From IMG/VR virus record IMGVR_UViG_3300022217_000002, positions 1 to 45,941 of that record: a DNA stretch of 45,941 nucleotides; one strand, given 5' to 3'. Positions 19,013 to 29,022 of the stretch are shown in pieces (position 1 is the first letter of the stretch; the number at the start of each line of letters is the position of its first letter). Below the pieces are notes generated by a model that saw only the letters and a program-made list of their open reading frames with translations, had not been told where the DNA came from and searched no databases. The position numbers and the translations under genes were made by a program. This stretch comes from a virus (lineage: Duplodnaviria; Caudoviricetes).

Positions 19013-20170
19013 CTAGACAGCGGAGGGCAGCTCGAATCCGGCAAGCTGCTTGTTGTCCGCGCTGTAGTTGTTCGGCTTGGAAACCGTTACGGCATGCTTG
19101 ATGACCGCGCACCAATTGGGGTTCACGACTGCCTCCTGGTCGGGCACGAGATAGCCGATGCTCTTTTCGTAGCCCGTCAGGGTGATGTCCTGAACCTTGA
19201 ACTTCGGCTTGCCCTTGCCGTATCCGCCCAAATGGAACGAACCGAACGAGCTTCCGCCGAAACAGAAGGCGGCGTGGTAGTCGCCCCATTCGGCACGCTT
19301 TTCCTCGCCACCGGCGGAATCCATCGTGAACGGATGGTCGTCTTCGACGAAGTGCCATCCCGCGAAGGACGCGATCCACTGGTCTTCCACGCCCTTGATG
19401 AGCGGCTTGCTTCCGCCCTGCATGGCTTTGCCGAACGCCTCTCCCATTTCACCGTCGGAGAGCAGGTCGTACATGCCGGCGTCGGAAAGCACGCAGACAT
19501 ACTTGCCGTTGATCTTCGGTGCGCCCGAAAGCGATAGCTGGACGCGCTTGCGCTTGAGATCGTCCCACGTCAACTTGTTGCCGTCGGTAACCATGTCATC
19601 CCACGTATCGGCTCCGCCCGCATAGCTGACGGCGGCGGGCTGGAATGTCCAGGAGAAGCCGTACAGGGTTACGGTGGCTTCGGCCTCCGCGTCGAACGCG
19701 GTGGAAAGGTCGCCGTTGGCGTCGTAGACGCCGGGCTTCATGCGCCCGACAACCAATGCGTTCTGCATCTTTTCGTGCCGGCGTTTCCGGAGGGCTTCGG
19801 GAAGGTCGTGTTCCGCCCACTCTTCGAGGTCGATCCACGAAGTCATGTTGGCGACGGTACCGATCTTGAGGAACTCGTGAATGAACTCCAACGGAACCTT
19901 GACCTTTTCGCCGCCGAGAACCGCGCCGGAAAGCGGGTCGCTTCCCGAACCGCCCGGACTCGGCATGTTCTGGGGCCGGCGCAGGTGGTCCTTGCGGGTC
20001 ATTTCAATGTATTGGCCCTTGTGGTCGGGGATGGCCTTGGGCATCGCGTATGCGGTGTTTGCAAGAACCCCCTGTTCCTCTTTGCGTTCGAGGAAGACTT
20101 CATCCAGGTATTCGCGAACCGCGAGCCTGCCGCCGTCGCTGTCGAGGATGGTACTGAGATTGTTTGACAT
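19013..20170 (-). CDS. Major capsid protein
   Basis: 385 aa after the scaffold gene; KAIPDHKGQYIEM, GKYVCVLS...YDL and FAGWHFVE resemble HK97-fold (N4-gp56-like) MCP motifs; SD AAGGAG. Confidence 0.8.
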   Translation of the reverse strand: MSNNLSTILDSDGGRLAVREYLDEVFLERKEEQGVLANTAYAMPKAIPDHKGQYIEMTRKDHLRRPQNMPSPGGSGSDPLSGAVLGGEKVKVPLEFIHEFLKIGTVANMTSWIDLEEWAEHDLPEALRKRRHEKMQNALVVGRMKPGVYDANGDLSTAFDAEAEATVTLYGFSWTFQPAAVSYAGGADTWDDMVTDGNKLTWDDLKRKRVQLSLSGAPKINGKYVCVLSDAGMYDLLSDGEMGEAFGKAMQGGSKPLIKGVEDQWIASFAGWHFVEDDHPFTMDSAGGEEKRAEWGDYHAAFCFGGSSFGSFHLGGYGKGKPKFKVQDITLTGYEKSIGYLVPDQEAVVNPNWCAVIKHAVTVSKPNNYSADNKQLAGFELPSAV

Positions 20171-20182
20171 GTGGTAAACTCC

Positions 20183-21292
20183 TTATTCTTCTGCCATCAT
20201 ATTTTTAAGTCGTGTCTTGGCCGCTCCCTTGCCCGGCTTCTCGGTCTCCTGACCGGCTCCGGACGGGGTGCCGAGCCCCTTGTACTTCGCAAGCTCTTCC
20301 TTCAGCTTGGCGACTTCGGCACTCAGCAGGTTTTCTTTTTCGGTTGCGGCCCTTGCGTTGGTTTGCAAGACGCCGTGAGCGTGGTTTACGATCTGATGAA
20401 GCGCGTATGGATGGGTGTGCAGATACAGCGACAACTCTTCGGGCAATGCGCCCCCGTCGTCCATATCGCCGGTTTTGGGATCGAGTGTTCCGATCAAGTC
20501 GGACATGAACCTCTTGAGACTCTTGGCTGCGGCGGATTCTTCGTCGGCAAATTCGGGGAAGTCCGAAAGCGCCTGCTTCCGCTCGTTCTCCATGTTCTTT
20601 TTTGCGGCCTCGATTCTCGCCTTCTCCGCATCGAACTCCTGGGCCTCGCGTGCCTGTGCGACGGGAAGCAGGCGGGAAACGGCGTCGATCACTTCGTTGC
20701 AGTATTCGCCGTATTCGCCACTTGCCGCTTTCTGGTGAATTGCAACCAGGTCTTTCGATCCGGCATTGCGCAGTCTGGCGAGATGGGTGTTTTCATCGCC
20801 GCCCGACTCCAGCGCCTTGACGAACTTGGAGACCGTGTCTTCGACCGCCTCGCCCGAGGGGCGCGGCTTCTTCTCATATTGGGCAAGCCGTTCTTCGAGC
20901 CTCTTAACCTTGTGCCTCAAATGGGCACTGCCCTTGTTGCGCTCCCGTTCCTCGGCGGCGAGCCGTTCTTCCTCCGCCTCCTTTTCAGCGGCGGCCTTCT
21001 CGGCTTCTTCCCTGGCCTTCTGCTCTTCGGCGGTCCGTTCTTCCTCCGATAGGCCGGCAAGGCGCTCGGCTTCGGCGGCTTCCGCCTCGGCCTTTTCACG
21101 CGCTTCGCGTTCCTCGTCGGTTTCCCCGGACTGCTCGGCGGCGAGACGGGCGGCCTTTTCCTCTTCGGTTTCCGCATCGGAAACCCCGGGATCGCCCTCT
21201 TCCATCAGGGCCTGTAGCGCGGCCTTTTTTTCGCCCACTTCCTCTTCGAGTCCATCATCTTTACGTTCTTCATCTTTGCGTTCTTCGCTCAT
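20183..21292 (-). CDS. Capsid scaffolding protein candidate
   Basis: Very acidic Glu/Ala-rich coiled coil between portal and MCP. Confidence 0.7.
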   Translation of the reverse strand: MSEERKDEERKDDGLEEEVGEKKAALQALMEEGDPGVSDAETEEEKAARLAAEQSGETDEEREAREKAEAEAAEAERLAGLSEEERTAEEQKAREEAEKAAAEKEAEEERLAAEERERNKGSAHLRHKVKRLEERLAQYEKKPRPSGEAVEDTVSKFVKALESGGDENTHLARLRNAGSKDLVAIHQKAASGEYGEYCNEVIDAVSRLLPVAQAREAQEFDAEKARIEAAKKNMENERKQALSDFPEFADEESAAAKSLKRFMSDLIGTLDPKTGDMDDGGALPEELSLYLHTHPYALHQIVNHAHGVLQTNARAATEKENLLSAEVAKLKEELAKYKGLGTPSGAGQETEKPGKGAAKTRLKNMMAEE

Positions 21293-21390
21293 GGTTTCTT
21301 CCCTTTGGTTTTTTCCAGCCTTTTCCCTGGCCTGCGCTTTTCAGGGGTTTCGCGTCCCCTCTCGGGTTTCAAGGCCCCGGTCGCCTGTGT

Positions 21391-21690
21391 TTAAAAATCG
21401 TCTTCGTCTAAATCCTGCATGGAAACCTGCTCAGCACTGTCTTCGAGAGGCGCTTCCGCATTTCCTATGTTCTGGATGTCGGCCATGCACGCGAGGTAGC
21501 CCCGGCGGAAGGAATCGTTCACGCCGCGTAGGATGTTGGTAACGAGATAGCCGTTGAGCACGGCCACCAGTTTCAGGAACGTCGGGGACTTCACCAGTTG
21601 CTTGACACTCAGGGCGTCTTCCTGATCCCACTCAACCCTCGCGATCCGGACAACCTTCAGGGGATGTCTTTTCTTTTTCCTAAAGCGCAC
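21391..21690 (-). CDS. Small hypothetical protein after portal
   Basis: GTG start with GGAGG SD, overlapping the portal end. Confidence 0.6.
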   Translation of the reverse strand: MRFRKKKRHPLKVVRIARVEWDQEDALSVKQLVKSPTFLKLVAVLNGYLVTNILRGVNDSFRRGYLACMADIQNIGNAEAPLEDSAEQVSMQDLDEDDF

Positions 21691-23533
21691 CGGCAACCTC
21701 CGATCCGAGTTGCAGGGCCTGATCGACCCTCTTGGAATTCTGCTCGACATTGGCCGCAAGCTGCTCGACCTGCTGCTGGAGTCTCATCAGCACGGGCGCG
21801 ATGGGCAGTTCCCCGCTGTTCGGGTCGGGATAGAGGGTGTGGGCCAGGTTCGTATCGACCTTCTCCGTTACGCGGCGCAGCCCCGCGCCTATGTCGGCTC
21901 CAGTGACCTCCGCATGTTCGGCGTTCATCTCAATGATTTCGCGATCCTTGATGAACTGCATATCGGGGTTGAGCGTCTTTTCGCTTGCGGCGGGCACGAT
22001 AAGAAAGCGGTGTTTGTAGATGTCGGCGGGCATCATGCCCTCAAACTTCAACCCGGCTCCGATCATGGGAAGTTCGGTGCCCATGCGCCTGAGTTCGTTC
22101 CAGAGCATGGGGAAAAGCTGGCGGTCGGCGTCGTTGAAACGGTCAACGCTGGCGCTGGACACGGTATCGCCCTTGGCATTCTCCGACTTAACCTCGGTCG
22201 CCGTCTTTTCGAGCTTGCGGCTGGAACTGACCTCAGCCGAATACGTGCCCGCCCCGGAAGCCGTTCTTTGCGAGGCCAAGCGCCGCTGGTAGTCGTTCTC
22301 GAACGCGAGCTCCGCCGTGACGGGCTTCATGGTCACTGGCTTCAAGCCTTCGGGCAGCACAGTGCCGGGTTTGACGGTGACGTTCTGCTCGTTGGGGGTA
22401 CCGGTGCCCTCGAAAACGGGCATGGAGGCATAGTCGAGCTGGATGAGCTTGCCGTTTTGGATCGCGGTCGCGATGATTTGGTTGTCCATGCACGTGTGGC
22501 CGATGCCCCGGCTGTCGTACCACAGCAGCGAGCGGTTTTCGTAGCGGTGCTGGATATAGGGCCAGGGCTTGTCCCTGCCCCTGACTTCGCGCACAACATC
22601 GGGCTCGCGAGAGTCGAACTGCGCGCTCCGCATTTCGGCTTCGAGTTCGGCCCCCGCCAGATTCTCGAAGGTGCTGTCCTCGCGCCATGCGACTATGTGC
22701 AGGAGCTCTTCCGGACAGTCGGGGCAGACGGTCGAAACGCACTTGTCGCCCAAGCCGACGATGCCGTTTGATTTTTCAACATCCCATTGCGTTGCATAAT
22801 GGCAGATTTCCCAAACCACTATCTTGTCGTTGTCAACATCGGAGGTGTTGAGCCCGATCAACGCCTTCGTAACCGTAAACGTGTTTTCATCGTCGTGGTC
22901 CGATGTCGCGACCCGCTCGGTGCCCTCGGAGTCCTTGTGTACGAGCTTTTTAGCAACGGCGGCCACGGCCTTGCGGTTCCAGCCGCCGGTCTTGGGCTTG
23001 TCCTTGAACTCCCGCAATGAAAGCCGCATGACATGCGTGACGCGCTCGGCCCTGCGGATGTCCGTGGTGCGGGGCGGAACAATCAAGTCCTTGGGGTCCA
23101 CCGTATCGAAACTCGGGATGACGCCCCATTCGTCGGTATTCTCGGTAATCTGCTTCGTGATGGCGAAGCCGCGAGCGTTTTTGGTATCTACCGCCACTTC
23201 TTTTTTCTGGCGATAGCCGCACATGTGCCGCAGATAGGTGTTGAATCCCTTCTGCGCCATCGTCGTGTAGCTGGCCGGAACGTCGCCCAGCGGGATGAAG
23301 ATCGCCACCACCGGCGCATTGAGAATCATGCTGATTTCCTGGTCGGTCTTGTCGGTGGCGAGGTCGTTGATGATGGGATCAACGGTGTTCGGCGCGCCCT
23401 TGTAGGGCTTGTTGCGCTTCTTCGGGCGCTTGCCCAGACGACGGCCCAGAATGCCGTCGTCCTTACGGTTCCATTCCTGTCGCGCCTGTAGATCGGCGTC
23501 GGTGTCCGCGAGATATGGGCAGGAGGATTGCAT
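21680..23533 (-). CDS. Portal protein
   Basis: 617 aa after TerL; KPYKGAPN, VDPKDLIVP, SRGIG and KTATEV motifs typical of P22/T7-type portals. Confidence 0.85.
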   Translation of the reverse strand: MQSSCPYLADTDADLQARQEWNRKDDGILGRRLGKRPKKRNKPYKGAPNTVDPIINDLATDKTDQEISMILNAPVVAIFIPLGDVPASYTTMAQKGFNTYLRHMCGYRQKKEVAVDTKNARGFAITKQITENTDEWGVIPSFDTVDPKDLIVPPRTTDIRRAERVTHVMRLSLREFKDKPKTGGWNRKAVAAVAKKLVHKDSEGTERVATSDHDDENTFTVTKALIGLNTSDVDNDKIVVWEICHYATQWDVEKSNGIVGLGDKCVSTVCPDCPEELLHIVAWREDSTFENLAGAELEAEMRSAQFDSREPDVVREVRGRDKPWPYIQHRYENRSLLWYDSRGIGHTCMDNQIIATAIQNGKLIQLDYASMPVFEGTGTPNEQNVTVKPGTVLPEGLKPVTMKPVTAELAFENDYQRRLASQRTASGAGTYSAEVSSSRKLEKTATEVKSENAKGDTVSSASVDRFNDADRQLFPMLWNELRRMGTELPMIGAGLKFEGMMPADIYKHRFLIVPAASEKTLNPDMQFIKDREIIEMNAEHAEVTGADIGAGLRRVTEKVDTNLAHTLYPDPNSGELPIAPVLMRLQQQVEQLAANVEQNSKRVDQALQLGSEVAGAL

Positions 23534-23623
23534 TGCCCCCGCAAGTACGCAGGGGAACGCTTTTTGTCAACCTGTTGTATACGCGACGCACCCTGTTGTA
23601 TATCTTTGGGTTGCCTTGCTTCC

Positions 23624-25195
23624 CTAGCTCCCGGCCTCCCACCCGTGCCCGAAACCATCGTCCGACACCTCTTCTTTTTGCCTCCGGAATTCGTCCATGT
23701 ATTCCTTCACAGTGCCGCAGAGGCTGTGCCCGCTGCCCTCGCCCTTCCATGCGCGGGCCCCGGCGAAGGGCTCGTGGTCGATCAGCAGCCCGACAATGGT
23801 TTCCAGGCGGTCGGGGCTATCCTCCTGCCTTTCCCTCCGCGCCTTTTTCTTGTCCTCCAGCGAAATAAGGTTGCTGTCGTCGTTCTTCATGGTGTAGCGC
23901 CTGCGGCGCATTTGCCTGTGCAGGACATCGTCAACGGGCAGGATGATGGCGTGGTCGGACATGAGCTCCTTGAGCTCCCAGTGAAGTTCGGTGATTCTGG
24001 TTTTAAACAAGGTGCTGTTGATGGCCCCCGCCCCGAAGTTCACGCGATGCACCCTGTAGCCGCGCCGGTTCATTTCGTTGATGATCTGCGCCCCAAGTCC
24101 GCCGTTGTCGCAGTAGATGTCCTGTCCGTCGAGGTTGTGCGCCTTGAAGAGCCTGATGTATTTCGCGGCGGTTTCACTGGGCGGGGTGTGGCTGTCCGTG
24201 TTCCAGGCCACGATGGGATGGAACCTGTTGCCTTCGCGCAGGCCGAAGGTCAATTCGTCCCCGCCCCCGGAAAGGTCGCAGAACGCCTTGCGCCGACCCG
24301 GTATGTGGGGAATCAACCCGCTCTGGCATTCTTGGAGCGCGAGCATGTCGGCATCGGTGAATATCATGTGGTCGCCGCTGCGGAAGAATTCGGCCAGCAG
24401 GATCGAGCGGACAATGGGGTCGTTCGGGCCCTTGTTCTCCAGCATCGCCATCTTGCGCTCGTAGGTGTGGCCTATCAACAGGTGGGGGCAGTCCGTCCAG
24501 GGTATCTTGAACTCGATGTGCCTGCCCTTCCACACGCAGCCCGTCGTCCAGAGCCCGTCTTCGTTCATACAGGCGTCGTAGTGCCCGCCCGTGTCCTCCC
24601 CGCATGTGCTGATGCGAAGCTCCGCCGTTGGGTTGCAGCGTTCTATCGCGGTATAGATGTCGGACTTAATGGACTTGGCTTCGTCGGTGATGATAAGCAG
24701 GGGGCAGAAGCGTTCGTTTCCGTTTTCATCCGTATAGACGCGGTTGTGGAAGCCCTCGAAGGTCTCGCCGCTTCGCGTGGCGAAACACACGATTTCCGAA
24801 CGCGGCAAGCCGTCCTGCGGAGGCGCGTAGATCGTGTTGCCCGTCTTCTTCCAACCCCTGCGCCTCGATATCATGTTCTGGAACGAGGGTATGAGCTGCT
24901 TCTCGAACTGGCGCTCCGAAGCCGAGGTGACAACGACCTGCGATCCCGGAAACGCTGCGGCCCACGACAGGGCGAGGACGGGAACGCACACACTCGTTTT
25001 CCCGCTCTCGTTGCACGTCCTGACGGCCACCATCGCACCCGGACGCCAGCACGCAACCCATATCGCCTGCTGCCAGTCGTAGGGCGTGAAGGGACTCCAG
25101 TCGGCGGCCTGCACAACCGGGCCATTGCTCATGTCGAACAACACCTGGTTGATGTCGGCGGGCTTGACTATCCTGCCGTCTTCGCGTGAAAGCAT
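23624..25195 (-). CDS. terL: Terminase large subunit
   Basis: PYDWQ Q-motif, Walker A CNESGKTS, Walker B LIITDEA, nuclease motifs CDLSGGGD, CDNGGLG and SPDRLE. Confidence 0.93.
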   Translation of the reverse strand: MLSREDGRIVKPADINQVLFDMSNGPVVQAADWSPFTPYDWQQAIWVACWRPGAMVAVRTCNESGKTSVCVPVLALSWAAAFPGSQVVVTSASERQFEKQLIPSFQNMISRRRGWKKTGNTIYAPPQDGLPRSEIVCFATRSGETFEGFHNRVYTDENGNERFCPLLIITDEAKSIKSDIYTAIERCNPTAELRISTCGEDTGGHYDACMNEDGLWTTGCVWKGRHIEFKIPWTDCPHLLIGHTYERKMAMLENKGPNDPIVRSILLAEFFRSGDHMIFTDADMLALQECQSGLIPHIPGRRKAFCDLSGGGDELTFGLREGNRFHPIVAWNTDSHTPPSETAAKYIRLFKAHNLDGQDIYCDNGGLGAQIINEMNRRGYRVHRVNFGAGAINSTLFKTRITELHWELKELMSDHAIILPVDDVLHRQMRRRRYTMKNDDSNLISLEDKKKARRERQEDSPDRLETIVGLLIDHEPFAGARAWKGEGSGHSLCGTVKEYMDEFRRQKEEVSDDGFGHGWEAGS

Positions 25196-25951
25196 TTAAG
25201 AAGGCTCTCCGTATAAAATGGACTTTAATGCGGGGTGGCCCCGCTCTTCCAAGACTCTCATCATTCGCCTGCGACCGGGGCGGTACAATAGATGGGGACA
25301 TTCCTCCCACGAAACCGTCATGGATTTCCACAGCGGCGATTTCACGCGCCGATCGAGGCTGTCGTTTGGAGCACGGCTTGTCCCTAGCAAGACCATGATG
25401 CTGAGGGGATTGATCTTGTCCAGAACAGCATACGTGGCCTCGCTCACCGATTGTGCGCTATCGACAATAACCATGATGGGCGCGAAACGTTCGTTGCCTC
25501 GACAGTCCCTGTAAACTCTACTGCTAAAGCCCTCTAGCGTGTCGTGACTGTGCACCGCCGACAGGAAGATTATCTCGCTTTCCGGCAGCCCGTCTACAGA
25601 CGGAAGATAGAAGGTATTGCCACGCATTGAAACATGAGGGCCAACCGAGTTTTCAAAAGCAGGAACGGCCTGAGAGGCACGCTCATGCTCAGATGGTGAA
25701 ACAACAACGACTTGAGAACCGGGGTGCAGGGCAACGTGAATCAGAGCCAAGCCGGGCACGAGAACACTTGTTTTACCAGACTCGAAACACGTAGATACCG
25801 CAACCATGGCACCGAACTCTTGGGACCAAGCAAGAATGGTCTCCTGCCACTTATATAGGGGTTTCCCCCATAGAGGTGCTGCCGGTTTCGTGGCGGACGC
25901 CGCCAAAACCGGAACAGCCGACAGCATTGCGTTAAAGTTTCGGCGCTTCAT
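25196..25951 (-). CDS. Degenerate paralog of the TerL ATPase domain
   Basis: Collinear with the TerL N-domain (GAMVAVSTCFESGKTSVLVP vs GAMVAVRTCNESGKTSVCVP); Walker B is DS rather than DE; no nuclease domain. Confidence 0.85.
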   Translation of the reverse strand: MKRRNFNAMLSAVPVLAASATKPAAPLWGKPLYKWQETILAWSQEFGAMVAVSTCFESGKTSVLVPGLALIHVALHPGSQVVVVSPSEHERASQAVPAFENSVGPHVSMRGNTFYLPSVDGLPESEIIFLSAVHSHDTLEGFSSRVYRDCRGNERFAPIMVIVDSAQSVSEATYAVLDKINPLSIMVLLGTSRAPNDSLDRRVKSPLWKSMTVSWEECPHLLYRPGRRRMMRVLEERGHPALKSILYGEPS

Positions 25952-26109
25952 TTCCGCCCCTCTTTCTTCCTCCCGAATACCCGGTCCCAGTTGCGGGCAA
26001 ACTCCTCTTCACCAACCCCGCTGGGCCGGCGATGCAGGCCCTTGCCAACACGGTCGGCATAGTATCTTTTCTTCGGATCCCTTATTCCCGGATCAAGGTT
26101 GGTTCCCAT
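25948..26109 (-). CDS. Small phage protein (GKG..RP...F..NWD..F type)
   Basis: GKGLHRRP...EEFARNWDRVFG; stop overlaps the next ATG. Confidence 0.6.
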   Translation of the reverse strand: MGTNLDPGIRDPKKRYYADRVGKGLHRRPSGVGEEEFARNWDRVFGRKKEGRK

Positions 26110-26665
26110 TTCCAGACCCTCCCTCCCCGCCCCCTTCGCGGACCAATTCATCCGCCAGCCGCATCAGCGTAACGAAGTAATCGACAACTCTGGCGCGGCT
26201 GCACTGGCCGTTGGTTTCCTTCCAGTACGCGACAATGCGGTCCACCGCCTCCCACGCCTCCGGCAAAAGCACCAAGTCCTTGTGTACGAGACTGAATTGC
26301 CCCCTCTCGCGGGGCGGAATAACCGGAATCCTTCCGCCCAAACGCTCCAGACACCCGTCCACGCACTCGTGCAGGCCCCGCGTAAAATATCCCTGATACT
26401 TCTTCGGATCGGAGGGCAGCACGCGCTCGATTATGAAATCCACGTTTTCCGACGACAGATGCGCCTTCGCCCTCCTGCGGATGCGACGCCTGTTGGTCCC
26501 GTCCATGTTCTCCCACTTGCGCGGACGCAACGCGGGATCCAGATACTCGTACTTGGGACACCCGCCCTCGACCGTCCGACGACGGCCCCGGTAGCCGCAG
26601 GCCTCGTTCGCGCACCAGTGGCAACGGTGCAGCCTCTTCGTGTCGATTGAAGACGAGTGCCCCAT
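26093..26665 (-). CDS. Hypothetical protein with Cys-rich N-terminus
   Basis: 190-aa ORF in operon; CHWC...C...CPKY. Confidence 0.6.
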   Translation of the reverse strand: MGHSSSIDTKRLHRCHWCANEACGYRGRRRTVEGGCPKYEYLDPALRPRKWENMDGTNRRRIRRRAKAHLSSENVDFIIERVLPSDPKKYQGYFTRGLHECVDGCLERLGGRIPVIPPRERGQFSLVHKDLVLLPEAWEAVDRIVAYWKETNGQCSRARVVDYFVTLMRLADELVREGGGEGGSGNGNQP

Positions 26666-26674
26666 AACGCGCCG

Positions 26675-27049
26675 CTAGTCTTGGTCTCCCCCACCTTCGG
26701 TCTCCGCCGCCGGGGGGGCTGCGCCATCCACCGCCGCATACAGGATGTCGAAGACCTCTATCATATGCCCCCTGCTGCCGGGTTCGGGCGTGCGGATGCC
26801 CTTCGGGTCCATCAATTCCAGGGCCTCGCCAATCGCGGACAAGGCATTGGAATCAACACCCTCTCCGCCCGATTCGCCTCCACCCCGGCTTTCCAGTTCC
26901 TCTATGCGGTCCGCCGCAATCAACAGCTTGCCGGAAATGACCTTGGCATCGTCTTCCGACACCGTCGCCTCCGGCACGGACTTCGCAGCCAGCCTCAACT
27001 CCTCGACCAGCGTGATTTCCCGCTTCTCTCCCTTCTCCCTTTTTCCCAT
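26675..27049 (-). CDS. Hypothetical protein
   Basis: AAAGGAG SD; AADRIEELE motif common in phage proteins. Confidence 0.65.
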   Translation of the reverse strand: MGKREKGEKREITLVEELRLAAKSVPEATVSEDDAKVISGKLLIAADRIEELESRGGGESGGEGVDSNALSAIGEALELMDPKGIRTPEPGSRGHMIEVFDILYAAVDGAAPPAAETEGGGDQD

Positions 27050-27076
27050 GGTGCTTCTCTCCTTTGGTTAGGGTTG

Positions 27077-27301
27077 CTATACGATTCCAGACAATGCTTC
27101 CTTCAAAAGTTCCACCGGCCTCTTGGCAGCGCTCATACACCTCGCACAGGGATTGATTGAAAATACGGCGTTCTCCGTGAATGCAGAGTTTGATGTGAAT
27201 TTCGATTTCTGATTGTCGCACTCCAAGAGCGCACCGCACTCGCTACACTCAAGTTTAAATGTCAGTTCTGTTCTCATACTGGTTCCAACCATCTCCCTCA
27301 C
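27077..27301 (-). CDS. Small zinc-ribbon-like protein
   Basis: CSEC...CARC. Confidence 0.55.
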   Translation of the reverse strand: MREMVGTSMRTELTFKLECSECGALLECDNQKSKFTSNSAFTENAVFSINPCARCMSAAKRPVELLKEALSGIV

Positions 27302-27310
27302 ATCCCCCCT

Positions 27311-27553
27311 TCATTCCCTCACATCCCCTGTCGCACACCCCAACGGTGCCCCACTTATCCGGGGATAGCACCTAACTGCGTTCCCATACATGAAAACCAA
27401 ATTGCAGCACTGCGCCTCCACATCAACCCCAGCTTTCAAATTCAACTCCGCAACACGCCCCAACATGTCTTCAAAACACCAAACCCTCGACGGCCCCGAG
27501 ATAACACCCCAGCTCCCTCCACCAGGAAATTCGATTATCTTGCCGCAACTCAT
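27311..27553 (-). CDS. Hypothetical protein
   Basis: 80-aa ORF filling the operon gap; weak support. Confidence 0.4.
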   Translation of the reverse strand: MSCGKIIEFPGGGSWGVISGPSRVWCFEDMLGRVAELNLKAGVDVEAQCCNLVFMYGNAVRCYPRISGAPLGCATGDVRE

Positions 27554-27613
27554 TGCCCGCCTTGTGTCGCTTGTTCGTTCCAGCTAAACCCGCCCAGTTG
27601 GGGGATATATATA

Positions 27614-28336
27614 TTAGTGATCTGCGCCGGGGGGGTGCCCCCCACCTATAGAGGCGTCCCCCGCTCCACCACCAACGGACACCCCATCCGTAGCACTGCC
27701 CTCTGTACATTGAGCCACATTGCAGTACTCAACCGTATTGTCCTCAAACGTGATGGAGATCCGCGCCAGTCCCAGCGCGCGAACCAATGCCTTTGCCACC
27801 TTGCGCAAGCCGTGCGTCTGCATCAGCACACGGGCCGGGTCCTCGCCGTAGAGGTGGCAACGTGCGAGGACCGCGCACACACTGGCCGGGTCTACAGCCT
27901 CGTTTGGATCGGGCTGGGCTGCGTGATGCGCCAGCAGATCCTTGCACGCCTTGATTGACTCCGCATCCCTGCCGTGCTGCGCGATCCACTCCAGCCGCTC
28001 GCGGATGCCATCAGGCGTGCGGACATCAAAGACCGGCGGCGGAATCCGTCCTCCTATTTTTCGGGTGGGCGCGCCGTCGTCCACGTTGTTGCTTTCGGGT
28101 TTCGCGGTTGTTTTTTTATTGTTTTTCTTTTTAAGAGGGTTTTGACACAGCTTTCCATTGTCTTCTCTGAGCTCTGCGTTTCTGTTTTTGGCTCGGGTGG
28201 CGGTTTTCCGGACGGTGGGCGTTGGTTTGCGTTTTGATTTGGGCTTCGGCATGAGGGGTTTGGCATGGATTGATTGGGCCATGTCCGCCGGGGAGAGGTT
28301 GACAACCTCTGTGTCAGATGTTGGCGTTACAGCCAT
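27614..28336 (-). CDS. Terminase small subunit candidate
   Basis: First gene of the packaging block; basic N-half and ERLEWIA...ESIKACKDL helix pattern. Confidence 0.5.
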   Translation of the reverse strand: MAVTPTSDTEVVNLSPADMAQSIHAKPLMPKPKSKRKPTPTVRKTATRAKNRNAELREDNGKLCQNPLKKKNNKKTTAKPESNNVDDGAPTRKIGGRIPPPVFDVRTPDGIRERLEWIAQHGRDAESIKACKDLLAHHAAQPDPNEAVDPASVCAVLARCHLYGEDPARVLMQTHGLRKVAKALVRALGLARISITFEDNTVEYCNVAQCTEGSATDGVSVGGGAGDASIGGGHPPGADH

Positions 28337-28932
28337 GGTGTGTGTGATAGATCAGGATCTTACACCGTGTCAAGACCGGAGGGCAGGAATCTATGTGTGT
28401 AGGCCATGCCGGAACTGGCGAGAGCCAGTGAGCACTGGCCTGCCTCGCGGCGAGCGTGCGGGCGGCTGCCGATGCGGGTTACCTGGGCTCGGGGCGCTGG
28501 GATCTGTCTGGTGAGGTCGTGTTGAGGCCCACGAATGTCCGCCACGCCCGCTGCACCGCGCAAGCGGCGCATCGCTGAACTGCTCAATAGGCCGCTCAGA
28601 CGGTGTGCCCTTGGGTGAATTGGCGCGAGCAAGTCATGCCAAGCTGGAGTTGTCAAGCACAAAGTTACAATTTACGTGTTATCAAGGGTTTGTGAGGGGA
28701 ATGAACTTGTTAAGGATGGGGCGGTTGAGGAGCGGGAAAGGGGGCAAGGAGGGGTGGTTAAGAAGGGGATGGGCAGCGGGGTTTAAGGACTGTGGTTATT
28801 GGGTGGAGTTGAGTTTATGGGGGTGGCTGGCAATATTTTTTCGGGGGCCGGAACTTTGTAGCAATCCGTTGGGTGCGAAGAGGTTTGGCGTTATTAAACA
28901 AGGCCGTCATGGACGAAAACCCAAAATAATCG

Positions 28933-28962
28933 TTGACATCATGTGGCGCATTGCGCTATACG
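28933..28962 (+). promoter_or_regulatory. Promoter of acr-aca-like operon with palindromic operator
   Basis: TTGACA-N18-TATACG; palindrome GCGCA-T-TGCGC at 28946-28956 in the spacer. Confidence 0.65.
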
Positions 28963-29022
28963 CAACGGCCATAAACAAGGGGGCATCGGCGCGGCCCTAG
29001 ACAGCGCCAACGGAGCAACTAA

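Noticed and set aside
23528-25189. 553-aa plus-strand ORF and similar long antisense ORFs (260-1129, 21710-22771, 20171-21052)
   Set aside because: Shadow frames of well-supported genes in GC-rich DNA, with no recognisable motifs.
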